A stretch of DNA of 51,689 nucleotides, taken from NCBI RefSeq assembly GCF_004010195.1, contig NC_057718.1, forward strand, positions 4,907,291-4,958,979. The letters are read 5' to 3'. The first letter of the stretch is position 1. Each line of letters begins with the position of its first letter. Source of the DNA: Chiloscyllium plagiosum. Lineage: Eukaryota. Shown in pieces: positions 23,301 through 34,100 of the stretch. The position numbers and the translations under genes were made by a program. The notes beneath the pieces are model-generated. The model searched no databases, had not been told where the DNA came from, and was given only the letters and a program-made list of their open reading frames with translations.

Positions 23301-26300
23301 TTTTCAGACGGAGAATCGGGATTATTCCCACTGAAAGGCAAAACGGAGTTTGGCCAAAGTGGGTGAATAAATAGTTGAGGAACCAAGGAAAGGAGTGTGT
23401 GGATTAATCATGGGATTTTAAAAGATAGCTGGGAGTTTGTGAGGAAGTGGTGTTCCTGAGGTTGAGTGATTGAAGTGACAACAATGTCAATATTCAAGGT
23501 GACATTGGAGACACAAATGAAGGAAGAGGATTGGAGGGATTTGAGAATATGGTGGGCAAATGTGATCGTCCGTATTTGGATGCGCTGGGTTCACATTCAT
23601 TCGCCGGGGATAGAGAAAATGTCACACTTCCTTCTTTTGATTTCTCAAACACAAACACACACATGCACATGAGGAATCATCCAATATGAACATGAAGAAA
23701 GATTAGTCCTAATAAATTTTTGCAATAAATAAATTTTTATCTTAACGGCAAAAGGGATAACAGTCCTGACTGTTTAAAGAAAACTATTTTAAAAAGCTTG
23801 CTTTAGAATCACAGAATCTCTATAGTGTGGAAGAGGCCCTTCAGCCCAACAAGTCCACACTGACCCTCCGAACAGTATCCCACCCAAATCCATTTCCTTA
23901 CCCTGTTACTCTACATTCACCCCTAACTCACACATCCTGGAACACTATTGGCAATTGAGCATGGCCAATTCGCCCTAACCTGCACATCTTTGGACTGTGG
24001 GAGGAAACTGGTGCACCTGGAGGAAACCACACAGACACAGGGAGAATGTGCAAACTCCACACAGACGTTGAACCCGGGTTCCTGGTGCTGTGAGGCAACA
24101 GTGCTAACCACTGAGCCACTGTGCTTCAATATACTAGTACCATGTACCCCTATCAACAATGACCATTTCATACTGACAGCTGGGCTTTGAATTCCTCTAC
24201 CATCTCAGGCTGGCTCTCTAGAATAGTTGGTGGATTGCAATCACTCTATGATGCAGATGGAAATTCTTGAAGGGAATAGGAGATCCTGCCAATAGTGGAA
24301 CAATGCTGTCTCTTTAAGTGCTTTTGTTTTGAAGATATGTACTGAGGCAGAAGTACTGAACAGGCGACTTGAGTGAACAGCTTGGGAGTTTTTTTTTAAG
24401 TAACAGCCTGAAATGGGTGTGGCTTGATTTCTGCATTTTGGTTTTTCAGGAACATCAGAAGATATTGGAACCTCAAAAGAGTTGGAAGCTTCAGTGAGTG
24501 TCTCCTACCTACTACTCTGTCTGAACTTTCTCTTGATGTTGTTTCCTCCTGGATTGAAGAACTGCATGTGAGAATCTGTGTCTGAATTTCCTTTCTTTTT
24601 TCCAGGGGGTGTGCTTATGGGTTGTTACTATATTGGAATGGTTAAGTACTTTATCTGCTAAGTTTCCAATCTGCTAAGTTATTTGGTTCTAGTGTAACCA
24701 CAATGTTTAAACAAATAGTGTTTCGCGTAATGTTGAGTTGTTTGACCAGTCGCATTGCATCTGAGACTTGTTACATTTGAATTTAAGGGCAAGGGTCTAG
24801 GTGACATTCGTAAAATATTTTTGAGGGCTGATCTAATCCACAACAATACAGGTCTGGATCTTAACAGCAAGGCCTCAGTTACAGCCAGCCTTGGCCACTG
24901 GCAAGATTGAGTAGGCAGTGGGCAATGGGAGCTGCTACCGAATAGAGGTAAAAATCTCTGGAAACAAAGTGGATGACAACAGAACAGAGAGTGGCAGAAG
25001 ATGTCACTGAGGAAGAACGGCGATGAGGAGAAGCTGGAACTGTCACTATGATGTTGAGGAAGACGAAGGAGAGGGCCAGAGTACAGAAGAGTCAAGACCA
25101 ACAATAGGCCATTCAGCCCCTTGAATTCTGTCCTTTGGTAAGACCAGTGATGATCTGTCTGTGACATCAACTCAACTCCCCCGTCTACCCTCTCCCCCAC
25201 CACCAACAACCACTGAGCCCCATGTTGAGCAAAGCTTTTTCCTAGGAATGAGGTGGAGGTGCCGGTGTTCGACTGGGGTGGACAACGTCAGAAGTCACAT
25301 GACACCAGGTTATAGTCCAACAGGTTTATTTGAAATCACAATTTTGGAGCACTGCACCTTCATCAGGTGAGGTCCCTATTGTCCCTGTCGTCACTTCTTC
25401 TGAGGAAGGAGCAGCGCTCTGAAAGCTTGTGATTTCAAATAAATCTGTTGGACTATAACCTCGTGTTGTGTGACTTCTGACCCTACCTCAGAAAGGGGGG
25501 TGATATGGGATATGGGAGTAAGAGTGCCTGCAGTGAAATCTCTGTTAAACTACTGGAAGAGGTAGTGGAGAGTTAATGTGTGGGAAGCAGAGTGTGGTGG
25601 GTGACTACTCAATACCCCTTCAAACTTTCAGCAATTTATCGAGATGCTCCCACAGACAAGGTGAAAAGTAACTTTTACTTGATGACCTCGGTTGTGGGCA
25701 AGTTGTTGGAGGGAATCCTGAGGGACAGGATGTACATGTATTTGGAAAGGCAAGGACTGATTAGGGATAGTCAATATGGCTTTGTGCGTGGGAAATCATG
25801 TCTCACAAACTTGATTGAGTTTTTTGAAGAAGTAACAAAGAGGATTGATGAGGGCAGAGTGGTAGCTGCAATCTATATGGACTCCAGTAAGGCGTTCGAC
25901 AAGGTTCCCCATGGGAGACTGATTAGGAAGGTTAGATCTCATGGAATACAGGGAGAACTAACCATTTGGATACNNNNNNNNNNNTTTTGGGAAAGCAAAT
26001 CTTAGCAGGACTTATACACTTAATGGCAAGGTCCTAGGGAGTGTTGCTGCACAAAGAGACCTTGGAGTGCAGGTTCATAACTCCTTGAAAGTGGAGTCGC
26101 AGGTAGGTTAGGATAGTGAAGAAGGCATTTGGTATGCTTTCCTTTATTGGTCAGAGTTTTGAGTACAGGAGTTGGTAGGTCATGTTGCGGCTGTACAGGA
26201 CATTGGTTAGGCCACTGTTGGAATATTGCCTGCAATTCTGGTCTCCTTCCTATCGGAAAGATGTTGTGAAACTTCCAAGGGTTCAGAAAAGATTTACAAG

Positions 26301-29300
26301 GATGTTGCCAGGGTTGGAGGATTTGAGCTATAGGGAGAGGCTGAACAGGCTGGGGCTGTTTTCCCTGGAGCGTCAGAGGCTGAGGGGTGACCTTATAGAG
26401 GTTTCCAAAATTATGAGGGCATGAAATTAAAAATCACACCACACCAGGTTATAGTCCAACAGGTTTAATTGGAAGCACTAGCTTTCGGAGCACTGCTCCT
26501 TCATCAGGTGGTTGTGGAGGACACAATTGTCAGACAAAGAATTTATAGCAAAAGTTTACAGTGTGATGTAACTGAAATTATACATTGAATAATACCTTAA
26601 TTGTTTGTCGAGGCTTTCATCAGTTAGAATACTATAATAGCTTTACTTATTTCATGTGTAAATCACAAAACCTTTTTTTAAAAATGTTGCATTCTCCGGT
26701 TAACTGTAACAATGGGTGTTAGCTGAACAATATGTTGAAGGTGTTAGCCCCCCGTGTTCTCTGTCTTTGCCATAATGTTTAGACCGATTGTAAACTAAAA
26801 AGTGAGATAACAGAGTTTTACATGAATTCATGCAGTTTTTGAGCAGAGAACAATGTAACTCTGCAAGTCCAACCTCACAGACGTAAGACATTCTACACTG
26901 ACATACACACACACACATACACTCTCTCACNNNNNNNNNNNNNNNNNNNNNNNNNNNNNNNNNNNNNNNNNNNNNNNNNNNNNNNNNNNNNNNNNNNNNN
27001 NNNNNNNNNNNNNNNNNNNNNNNNNNNNNNNNNNNNNNNNNNNNNNNNNNNNNNNNNNNNNNNNNNNNNNNNNNNNNNNNNNNNNNNNNNNNNNNNNNNN
27101 NNNNNNNNNNNNNNNNNNNNNNNNNNNNNNNNNNNNNNNNNNNNNNNNNNNNNNNNNNNNNNNNNNNNNNNNNNNNNNNNNNNNNNNNNNNNNNNNNNNN
27201 NNNNNNNNNNNNNNNNNNNNNNNNNNNNNNNNNNNNNNNNNNNNNNNNNNNNNNNNNNNNNNNNNNNNNNNNNNNNNNNNNNNNNNNNNNNNGTCCAGAA
27301 CTAGAGGGCATAGGTTTAGGGTGAGAGGGGAAAGATATAAAAGAGACCTAAGGGGCAAGTTTTTCACACAGAGGGTGATACGGGTATGGAACGAGCTGCC
27401 AGATGAAGTGGTGGAGGCTGGTACAATTGCAAGATTTAAGAGGCATTTGGATGGGTATTTGAATAGGAAGGGTTTGGAGGGATATGGGCCAGGTGCTGGC
27501 AGGTGGGACTAGATGGGGTTGGGATATCTGGTTGGCATGGACGGATTGGACCGAAGGGTCTGTTTCCATGCTGTACATCTCTATGACTCTATAAGGACTG
27601 AGAATGAATAAAGAAACCCACATTGGAATTATTCTTACTGACCAGAAGCCTAGCTCATACCTGCACCTTTAAAATATTGAGCGATGTATTACCTTCATGG
27701 TGTTTAGAAGTCAGAACAACATACTTGGCCCCTGAAGCACTCAGTAGTTCAGCCCATTCAGTTGCATTGAAGAAAGAAGCTGAGAACATGGGGGCAAAGT
27801 CTGCATAAGTAAATCCAGGAGGATAGTTTTTCTCCATAAACTCAACATAGGGTTTCAGTTTCTCTTTCTGCCAATAGTACCTAAAACAAAATACAAACAA
27901 ATGAAAATCTTTAATCACTTCAGGCATTATAATTAATGTGCTGGCTTCCATTAACAAACGCTCTCAAAGGCAAATGAACTCCAACCAAAACAGGGCTGTA
28001 GTGAGTGACCTTTGACCAAAACTGGGCTATACTTGGGACCATTGACCAAGACCGGGCTATAGCTAGTAACCATTGACTAAGAGCAGGCAATAGTTAGCTA
28101 CCATCAACCAAGAACAGTCTAGGTAGTTACCATTGATCAAGACCTAGCTATTCTAAGTGACCATCAACCAAGACCAGGCTATAGTTAGTGGCTGTCGACC
28201 AAGTCTGAGCTATAGTTAATGACCATTGACCTAGACTGAACTATACTTAGTGACCATTTACCAAGACCAAATTGTAGTTAATGGCCATCAACCTAGATCA
28301 GACTATAGCTAGTGATCATTGAACAAGACCACACTATAATTAGTGACCATCAACTGAGACCAGGCTATAGTTAGTGACCATTGACCCAGATCGGGCTATA
28401 GTTAGTGACCATCGACACAGATTGGACTATAGGTAGTGACCATCAACTGAGACCACACCTTAATTACTGACCACATCTTCCGCCTCGGAACACTTCAACC
28501 CCAGGGCATCAATGTAAACTTCACCAGCTTCCTCATTTCCCCTCCCACCACCTCAGCCCAGTTCCTAACTTCTAGCTCAGCACCGTCCTCATGACCTGTC
28601 CTACCTGCCAATCTCCCTTCCCACCTATCTGCTATACCCTCATCTCTGACCTATCACCTCCATTCACACCCTCATTCACCTATTGTATTCTTTGCTACCT
28701 TCTCCCCAGCCCCCCACCCCCATTTATCTCTCCACCCTGGAGGCTTCCTGCCTCTATTCCTGATGAAAGGCTTTTTGCCCGAAACATTGATTTTCCTGCT
28801 CCTCAGATGCTGCCTGACCTGCTGTGCTTTTCCAGCACCACTCTGAGCTAAACTTTTGTATAGTTAGTGACCATCAACCAAGACCTGGCTATAGTTAGTG
28901 ACCACTAAGCAAGACTGGACTACAATGTGCAAGCAGCAGCGAGCTCTGGACAATAACCAATAACTGCTAACCATCTGGTGCTAGGGTAAGGAAATTGCTA
29001 ACTAATCTCAAGTTGGGGAAGTTGTTGATTGACAGCTCAAACCCACGCGGGTTAGTTCCGCAAATCAAAAGACGGACACACAATGTCTGTAATGACCCAG
29101 GGAAGGGACAGGATATTGGAGAGAGATGTTTGTGAGGGGAGTAATTCCCCCCCTCCCCCGAAGGAGCTGAGTACTCACCAGAACCACTCACTGCCGAAGC
29201 TGGGCACTGAGAAAACCCCCCAATGAATGAAGATGCCAAACTTGGCTTGGTCATACCAGGGGGGCAGGGGCCGAGAGTCAATGATGTCCCAGCTCGGAGC

Positions 29301-29375
29301 TGGCACGGCCTGAGAGCTGGAGAGCAGTGAGAGCTGGAGCGAGAGGAGGCCATTCAGGCACCAGCTGCTGTACAT
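11184..29375 (-). CDS. FUCA2: Plasma alpha-L-fucosidase (GH29), full 7-exon CDS span, 458 aa
   Basis: Seven exons of 197/188/340/211/191/109/141 nt (1377 nt) join in frame across GT-AG introns. GH29 motifs present: [26 protein letters not shown] (nucleophile Asp), KWENC (acid/base Glu), GGNLLMNIG. The 7-exon layout and WQKEK..YVEFM match FUCA2 rather than 8-exon FUCA1 (from memory). Confidence 0.95.
11885..12335 (+). mobile_element. Rex1/Babar-type 3' fragment
   Basis: [37 protein letters not shown]; 3' end resembles 50900-51112. Confidence 0.75.
13500..13696 (-). mobile_element. tRNA-derived SINE just inside FUCA2 intron 6
   Basis: Reverse complement TGGTACAGTGG A box and GGTTCGAGCC B box; no complete cloverleaf. 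Confidence 0.55.
13734..13842 (-). CDS. FUCA2: FUCA2 exon 6 ([36 protein letters not shown])
   Basis: Not in the ORF track; read by hand. Acceptor tttttccag|G, donor AAG|gtttga, 109 nt; VYAIFLxWP motif. Confidence 0.94.
14620..14829 (+). mobile_element. Short PLE insertion with 39-bp fold-back, hammerhead core (14704-14731) and 15-bp TSD
   Basis: TSD ctgttacctattgag at 14605-14619 and 14830-14844. Confidence 0.85.
15010..15590 (+). mobile_element. CR1 LINE 3' fragment
   Basis: [38 protein letters not shown]...SYEERL. Confidence 0.85.
16538..17023. mobile_element. Fold-back PLE family 2 insertion interrupted by templated patches
   Basis: Same arms as the 19964 and 25250 copies; the right arm is split by 16706-16984. 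Confidence 0.75.
17544..17734 (-). CDS. FUCA2: FUCA2 exon 5 ([17 protein letters not shown]...[10 protein letters not shown])
   Basis: Acceptor ttccag|, donor TG|gtaggt, 191 nt. Confidence 0.96.
18110..18690 (+). mobile_element. Penelope-like element 3' part: GIY-YIG endonuclease remnant, then a decayed hammerhead-bearing end
   Basis: KCKTC...[36 protein letters not shown]...VAEHFN; CTGATGA at 18563. Confidence 0.9.
19964..20168. mobile_element. Palindromic (fold-back) PLE family 2 insertion
   Basis: Long inverted repeat 19996-20168; TSD ttcactc(g/t)cactg at 19951-19963 and 20169-20181. Confidence 0.8.
20285..21040 (-). mobile_element. Penelope-like fragments (3' end 20285-20670; GIY-YIG piece 20830-21040)
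   Basis: Minus frame CKSCKTC...[20 protein letters not shown]; same terminal sequence as other PLE copies. Confidence 0.8.
21888..22098 (-). CDS. FUCA2: FUCA2 exon 4 ([13 protein letters not shown]...[18 protein letters not shown]...EELVK)
   Basis: Acceptor ttctag|C, donor AAG|gtaata, 211 nt; translated by hand. Confidence 0.96.
22881..23220 (-). CDS. FUCA2: FUCA2 exon 3 ([13 protein letters not shown]...ILWSDGDG...DWLYNH)
   Basis: Acceptor tttag|GC, donor CAG|gtactg, 340 nt; contains the WSDGD catalytic Asp. Confidence 0.96.
25250..25482. mobile_element. Fold-back PLE family 2 insertion
   Basis: Inverted arms gtcagaagtcac... / ...gtgacttctgac with decayed hammerhead cores. Confidence 0.75.
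26425..26930 (-). mobile_element. PLE family 2 3' region inserted in a CR1, running into an assembly gap
   Basis: Terminal sequence shared with the fold-back copies; the CR1 resumes at 27293. Confidence 0.65.
26479..26507 (-). ncRNA. Minimal hammerhead ribozyme core (PLE family 2), intact
   Basis: Reverse complement cac-CTGATGA-A-GGAGC-agt-GCTCC-GAAAGCTA-gtg: 5-bp helix II, palindromic AGCT, cac/gtg helix I. Confidence 0.7.
26931..27292. other. Assembly gap (N run); a second small gap at 25974-25984
   Basis: N bases. Confidence 1.
27693..27880 (-). CDS. FUCA2: FUCA2 exon 2 ([15 protein letters not shown]...LTSKHHEG)
   Basis: Acceptor ttttag|G, donor GAAG|gtaata, 188 nt. Confidence 0.96.
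27987..28925. repeat. 31-bp minisatellite (consensus aagaccaggctatagttagtgaccattgacc): ~16 copies at 27987-28473 and ~2 more at 28859-28925
   Basis: Units aligned by eye; diverged. Confidence 0.9.
28474..28852 (+). mobile_element. PLE 3' fragment inserted into a minisatellite
   Basis: [22 protein letters not shown] end; hammerhead-like core at 28760-28788. Confidence 0.8.
29179..29375 (-). CDS. FUCA2: FUCA2 exon 1 coding part: signal peptide + [40 protein letters not shown]
   Basis: ATG at 29375 followed by hydrophobic [12 protein letters not shown]; donor TG|GTGAGT at 29178. An alternative in-frame ATG lies at 29468. Confidence 0.9.
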
Positions 29376-29382
29376 CGCTGTA

Positions 29383-29420
29383 CCCCGCCCAGCAGCTGCA
29401 GGCTTTCCAGACCCGGAAAT
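29383..29420 (-). promoter_or_regulatory. Candidate FUCA2 proximal promoter motifs: GC box (GGGCGGGG, 29383-29390) and ETS-like CCGGAAAT (29413-29420)
   Basis: Motifs sit immediately 5' of the ATG in a GC-richer, TE-free stretch; function is inferred only. Confidence 0.4.
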
Positions 29421-31199
29421 ACAAACCAGGAAGAAAAGGCAGACCTCTCTCTCCCTATCACTGTACATTCCCGCTGGGTCCTAGTGAACAGCTCCATCAC
29501 CCCAGCAATCCTGGGAATGAGATAGGAAACGGCAGAAAGGCTTAGGAACTATCGTCGCCCTCACCCTGTGGAAGTATTAACACTGAGTTCAGCTATAACT
29601 TGTGTTAATTCACTTTAACAGCCGTTCACTGATTTGTTTGGATACGGGGTTATCTCGATCCTGGTAAGAATAATGACTGTTCTTACACCACTTGCAGGAG
29701 GCCATTCGGCAATCTCTGGGCTGTCCCAGCACTCAGTTAAATCGTGATTTATCTGCATCTTACCCCCTATTAGTTCGCCTCCGTTTCATATCCCTCAAAA
29801 CCCCTCCCAAACCAAAGTCGGATCAATCGCAGATTTAGCAGCACGAGAGCTGGAGTAGGCCATTCGGCCCCTCGAGTGTGCTCTGCTGTTCTACACGTTC
29901 AAGATTAGAGTGGTGCTGGAAAAGCACAGCAGGTCAGGCAGCATCCGAGGAGCAGGAAAATCGACGAATACCCGATTCACACACTGCACCCCTATGCCCT
30001 GGTGTCATTAGGAATTACACAGAGCAATCTCTTTGTGAAACCTATTTAACGACTCAGCTTGCACAATCTCTGGAGGAAAGAATTTCAAAGATTCAGCAGT
30101 GAAGAGGTTCCTCCTCATCTTCAACCTAAATGGCAGGCACTTCATTTTGAAACTGTGCCCCCTGTTCCTAATATTTCTGACAGAATCTCCCAACTTAACA
30201 ATTGGTGCAAGTTATGTCATTGATGCCTGTCAATTATTTTTTGGCACTACATTAGAGTCCTAGAGATGTGCACCACAGAAACAGACCCTTCGGTCCAACT
30301 CGTCCATGCCGACCAGATATCCTAAATTCATCGAGTGCCATTTGCCAGCACTTGGCCCATTTCCCTCTAAACCCTTCCTATTCATATACCCATCCAGATG
30401 CCTTGTAATTGTACCAGCCTCCACCACTTCCTCTGGCAGCTCATTCCACCCTGTGCATAAAAAGTTGCCCCTTTAGGACCTTTTTAAATCTTGCCCCTCT
30501 CACCCTGAACCTATGCTCTCTAGTTCTGGACTCCTCCACCCCAGAGAAAAGAACTTGTCCATTAGCCCTATTTCATGCCCCTCGTAATTTTATAAACCTC
30601 TACAAGGTCACCCCCTCAGCCATTGACCCTCCAGGGAAAACAGCTTTCCTCTGGAGCTCAAACCCTACAGCCTTGTAAACCTTTTCTAGGCATCAAATGG
30701 GGATTTAAAAAAAGCAGGTCAATAATGGAAGATTGTTAGTGATGTGCTCACTGGTAAACAAGTTAGCGTCTGGTGTACTATTGGGGCTACCATACTTTGA
30801 GTGGCCTTGTTCATAAAACATTTCTCCTGTCGATAGTAAGTCAACTGGGACAGTGTGGGTATGAGAGGCTTTTAAAGATCCTAATCCCTCCAGCAGAATG
30901 TGGGCCAGGGTTCCAATCCTTCCAGGATTGGTCAGGGATCTCAAGGAGTTGAAGCTCAGTCCAGGTGCAATGCTGCTGGGGAAAAAAAAATCAAAGGAAT
31001 ATTAAGAAAGATAATTTTTTGTAACTTGCCTTGAAAGATGATGTAACCATTGCAAATGCTGTTTGCTCAATGGAGCATCATCCAATTGGATAATGAATCC
31101 TTTTCTATTCAGTGTTTGGTAGACGTAAATGTCTCATAGGAATGGACGTTTTAGCCAATTAATTCCTAGATTTATTGAGCAAAGTCACATGACAAAACC

Positions 31200-34100
31200 T
31201 CCAGGAATACATTTAATGAGTGGCAGAAGGCAGAGAGCAGCAATAAAGGCATTTTTCTCACATTGGCAGCCAGTGACGAGTGGAGTTCCACAGGGGTCCA
31301 TGGTGGGACCATATTCATGTTACATATTAATGATCTGGATGAAGGAACAGACAACAGTGCTGCTAAGTTTGCAGATAACAAAAAGGTAGGTGGAGGGACA
31401 CGTAATGTAGAGGAAACAGGGAGGCTGCAGAAGGAATTGGACAGGCTAGGAGAATGGGCAAATGGAATGCAATGTGGGAAAATGGGAAGTTATGCACTTT
31501 GGTAGGGAGAATAGAGATGTAGACTATTTTCTACATGGGGAATAACTTCAGAAATCTGAGGCGCAAAGGCATTTGGGAGTTCTAGCTCAAGATTTCTCTT
31601 AAGATTAAGAACATAAGAACCAGGAGCAGGAGGAGGCCACCTGGCCCCTCGAGCCTGCTCCGCCACTCAATAAGATCATGGCTGACCTTTTCATGGCCTC
31701 AGCTCCACTTACCCGCCCTCTCACCATAACCTTTAATTCTTTTCTTGTTAACAACATTTATCTATCTTAGCTTTAAAAGCATTTACTGAGGAAACCTCAA
31801 CCACTTCACTGTGCAGGGAATTCCATGGATTCACAACCCTCTGGGTGAAGAGGTTTCTTCTCAATTCAGTCCTAAATCTGTTCCCTTAATTTTGAGGCTA
31901 TGCCCTCTTATCCTAATTTCACCTGGCAGTGGAAACATCCTCTTGACTTCTAACTTATCTATTTCCTTCATAATTTTATATGTTTCTATCGGATCCCCCC
32001 CCGATTCTTCTAACTTCCATTGAATGTAATCCCAGTCTACTCAGCCTCTCTCCATTGACCAAAACTCTCAATTCTAGTGAACCTCCTCTACTGCCAACAC
32101 ATCCTTTCTCAAGTAAGGAGACCAAATCTGTATGCAGTACTCCAGGTGTGTCCTCACCAGCCCCTATAGAGTGCAACACAACCTCCCTGCTTTTAAACTC
32201 AATTCCTTGCGGACAAAATTCCATTTGCCTTCTTAATTACCTGTTGTACCTGCAGACCAACGTTCTGTGATCCATGCACCAGGACAAACCTGGCCAGCAC
32301 AATCAGCAAGTGCTCCCTAAACAACCTCCACATTTCTGTCATGCATTTCCCTGAGAACATCTGTCCCCAATTTAGGTGCCCAAGTTCCTGCCTAATAGCA
32401 TTGTAATTCCCCCTCCCCCAATTAAATAGTTTCCCATGCTGTCTGCTGCTACCCCTCTCCATAACTCCCATAAAGGCTGTGATCACTATCACTGAAATGC
32501 TTTCCCACCAAGAGATCTGACACCTGGCATGGTTTGTTACCAAGCACCAAATCTAATATGGCCTCCCCTGTTGTCGGTCTATCCACATATTGCATCATGA
32601 ACCCTTCCAAGATACACCTGACAAAAACTGCTTCATCCAAACTATTTGAACTGAGTAGGTTCCAATCAATATTAGGGAAGTTAAACTCACCCATGACAAT
32701 AATCCTGTTACCTCTACACATTTCCAAAATCTGCCTTCCAACCTGCTCCTCCATGTCTCTGTTGCTACTGGGGGGCCTGTGGAAAACTCCCAATAAAGTG
32801 ACTGCTCCTTTCCTGTTTCTGACTTCCACCCATACTGACTCTGTAGACAAACCCTCCTTGATGATCTCCCTTTCTGCAACTGTGATACTGTCCCTGATTA
32901 GCAATGCCACTCCTCCACCTCTTTTACCTCCCCCCCCCCCCATTCCTTTTGAAACATCTGGAGCATTCAACAACAACTCCTGTCCCTATGATATCCAAGT
33001 CTCTGTAATGGCCACAGCAAGTTGGTTCCAAGTACTGATCTGTGTTCTGAGCTTGTCACCCTTATTCCTGATACTTCTTGCATTAAAATAGACACAGTTC
33101 AACCCATCACACTGATTGCACATTTGCTCTGTCTCATGTCTATCCCTCCTCACAGACTCTCTGCACTCTGTAGCTGGCTGTTCACAACCTACTCCATCAT
33201 CTGATCCATAGCTCAGGTTCCCACCCACTAAAGTGCCATTCTAGTTTAAACCTTCCAAAGGATTCTAGCAAACCTCCCACCCAGGATATTGGTGCCCCTC
33301 CAGCTCAGGTGCCACCTGTCCTTCTTGTGCAAGTCCCACCTTTCCCAGAAGGTATCCCAATGATCCACGTATCTTGCTATTTAGAATCCCTACAGTGTGG
33401 AAACAGGGCCTTTGGCTCAACAAGTCCACACTGACCCTTCGAAGAGTAACCCACCGAGACCCATTCCCCTACCCTATTATCCTACACTTACTCTGACTAA
33501 TGCACCTAACCTACACATCCCTGAATGCTGCGGGCAATTTAGCATGGCCAATTCACCTAACCTGCACATCTTTGAACTGTGGGAGGAAACCAGAGCACCC
33601 AGAGGAAACCCCCGCAAACATGGGGAGAACGTGCAAACTCCCACAGACAGTTACCCAAGGCTGGAATTGAACCCGGGTTCCTGGAACTGTGAGGCAGCAT
33701 GATCCACCATGCCTCAAGCATTTTCTCAAACATAGACTCAAGCATTTTCCCCAATACAGAAGTTAGGCTAACCAGTCTATAATTCCCCATCTTTTGTCTA
33801 CCTCCTTTTTAAACAGTGGCATCACTAGAACTGCCCCAGAATCCAGTGAATTTTGGAAACTTATGACACATGTAGTTGCTATTTCTCCTGCCATTTCTTT
33901 CAAAACCCTGGATTTCATCAGGGCCAGGAGACTTGTCTCCCCTTAGCTCCATTAGCTTGCCCAACACTACCTCTTTTGTGATAGCATGCAAGTTCAGTTG
34001 GCAGTCAGGAAGGCAAATACAATGTTAGCATTAATTTTGAGAAGACTAGAATACAAGAGCAGAGATGTACTGTTGAGGCTGTACAATGCTCTGAAGTAGC

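Larger units (their letters stand above)
25665..27590 (+). mobile_element. CR1/HER1 LINE (RT to 3' tail), interrupted by a PLE and gaps
   Basis: [23 protein letters not shown]...[23 protein letters not shown]; ctctatgactctat tail. Confidence 0.9.

Noticed and set aside
24300..24845. Possible second solo LTR ending ...ccacaaca
   Set aside because: Could not define a 5' TG boundary or TSD; left unannotated.
26700..27367. Long ORFs of 203 and 146 aa
   Set aside because: Artefacts of translating through the N gap.
27987..28473. CRISPR-like 31-bp array
   Set aside because: Head-to-tail diverged units without spacers: a minisatellite.
11184..29375. Assignment as FUCA1
   Set aside because: The seven-exon structure with a single 340-nt exon 3 and the adjacent PHACTR2-like exon favour FUCA2.
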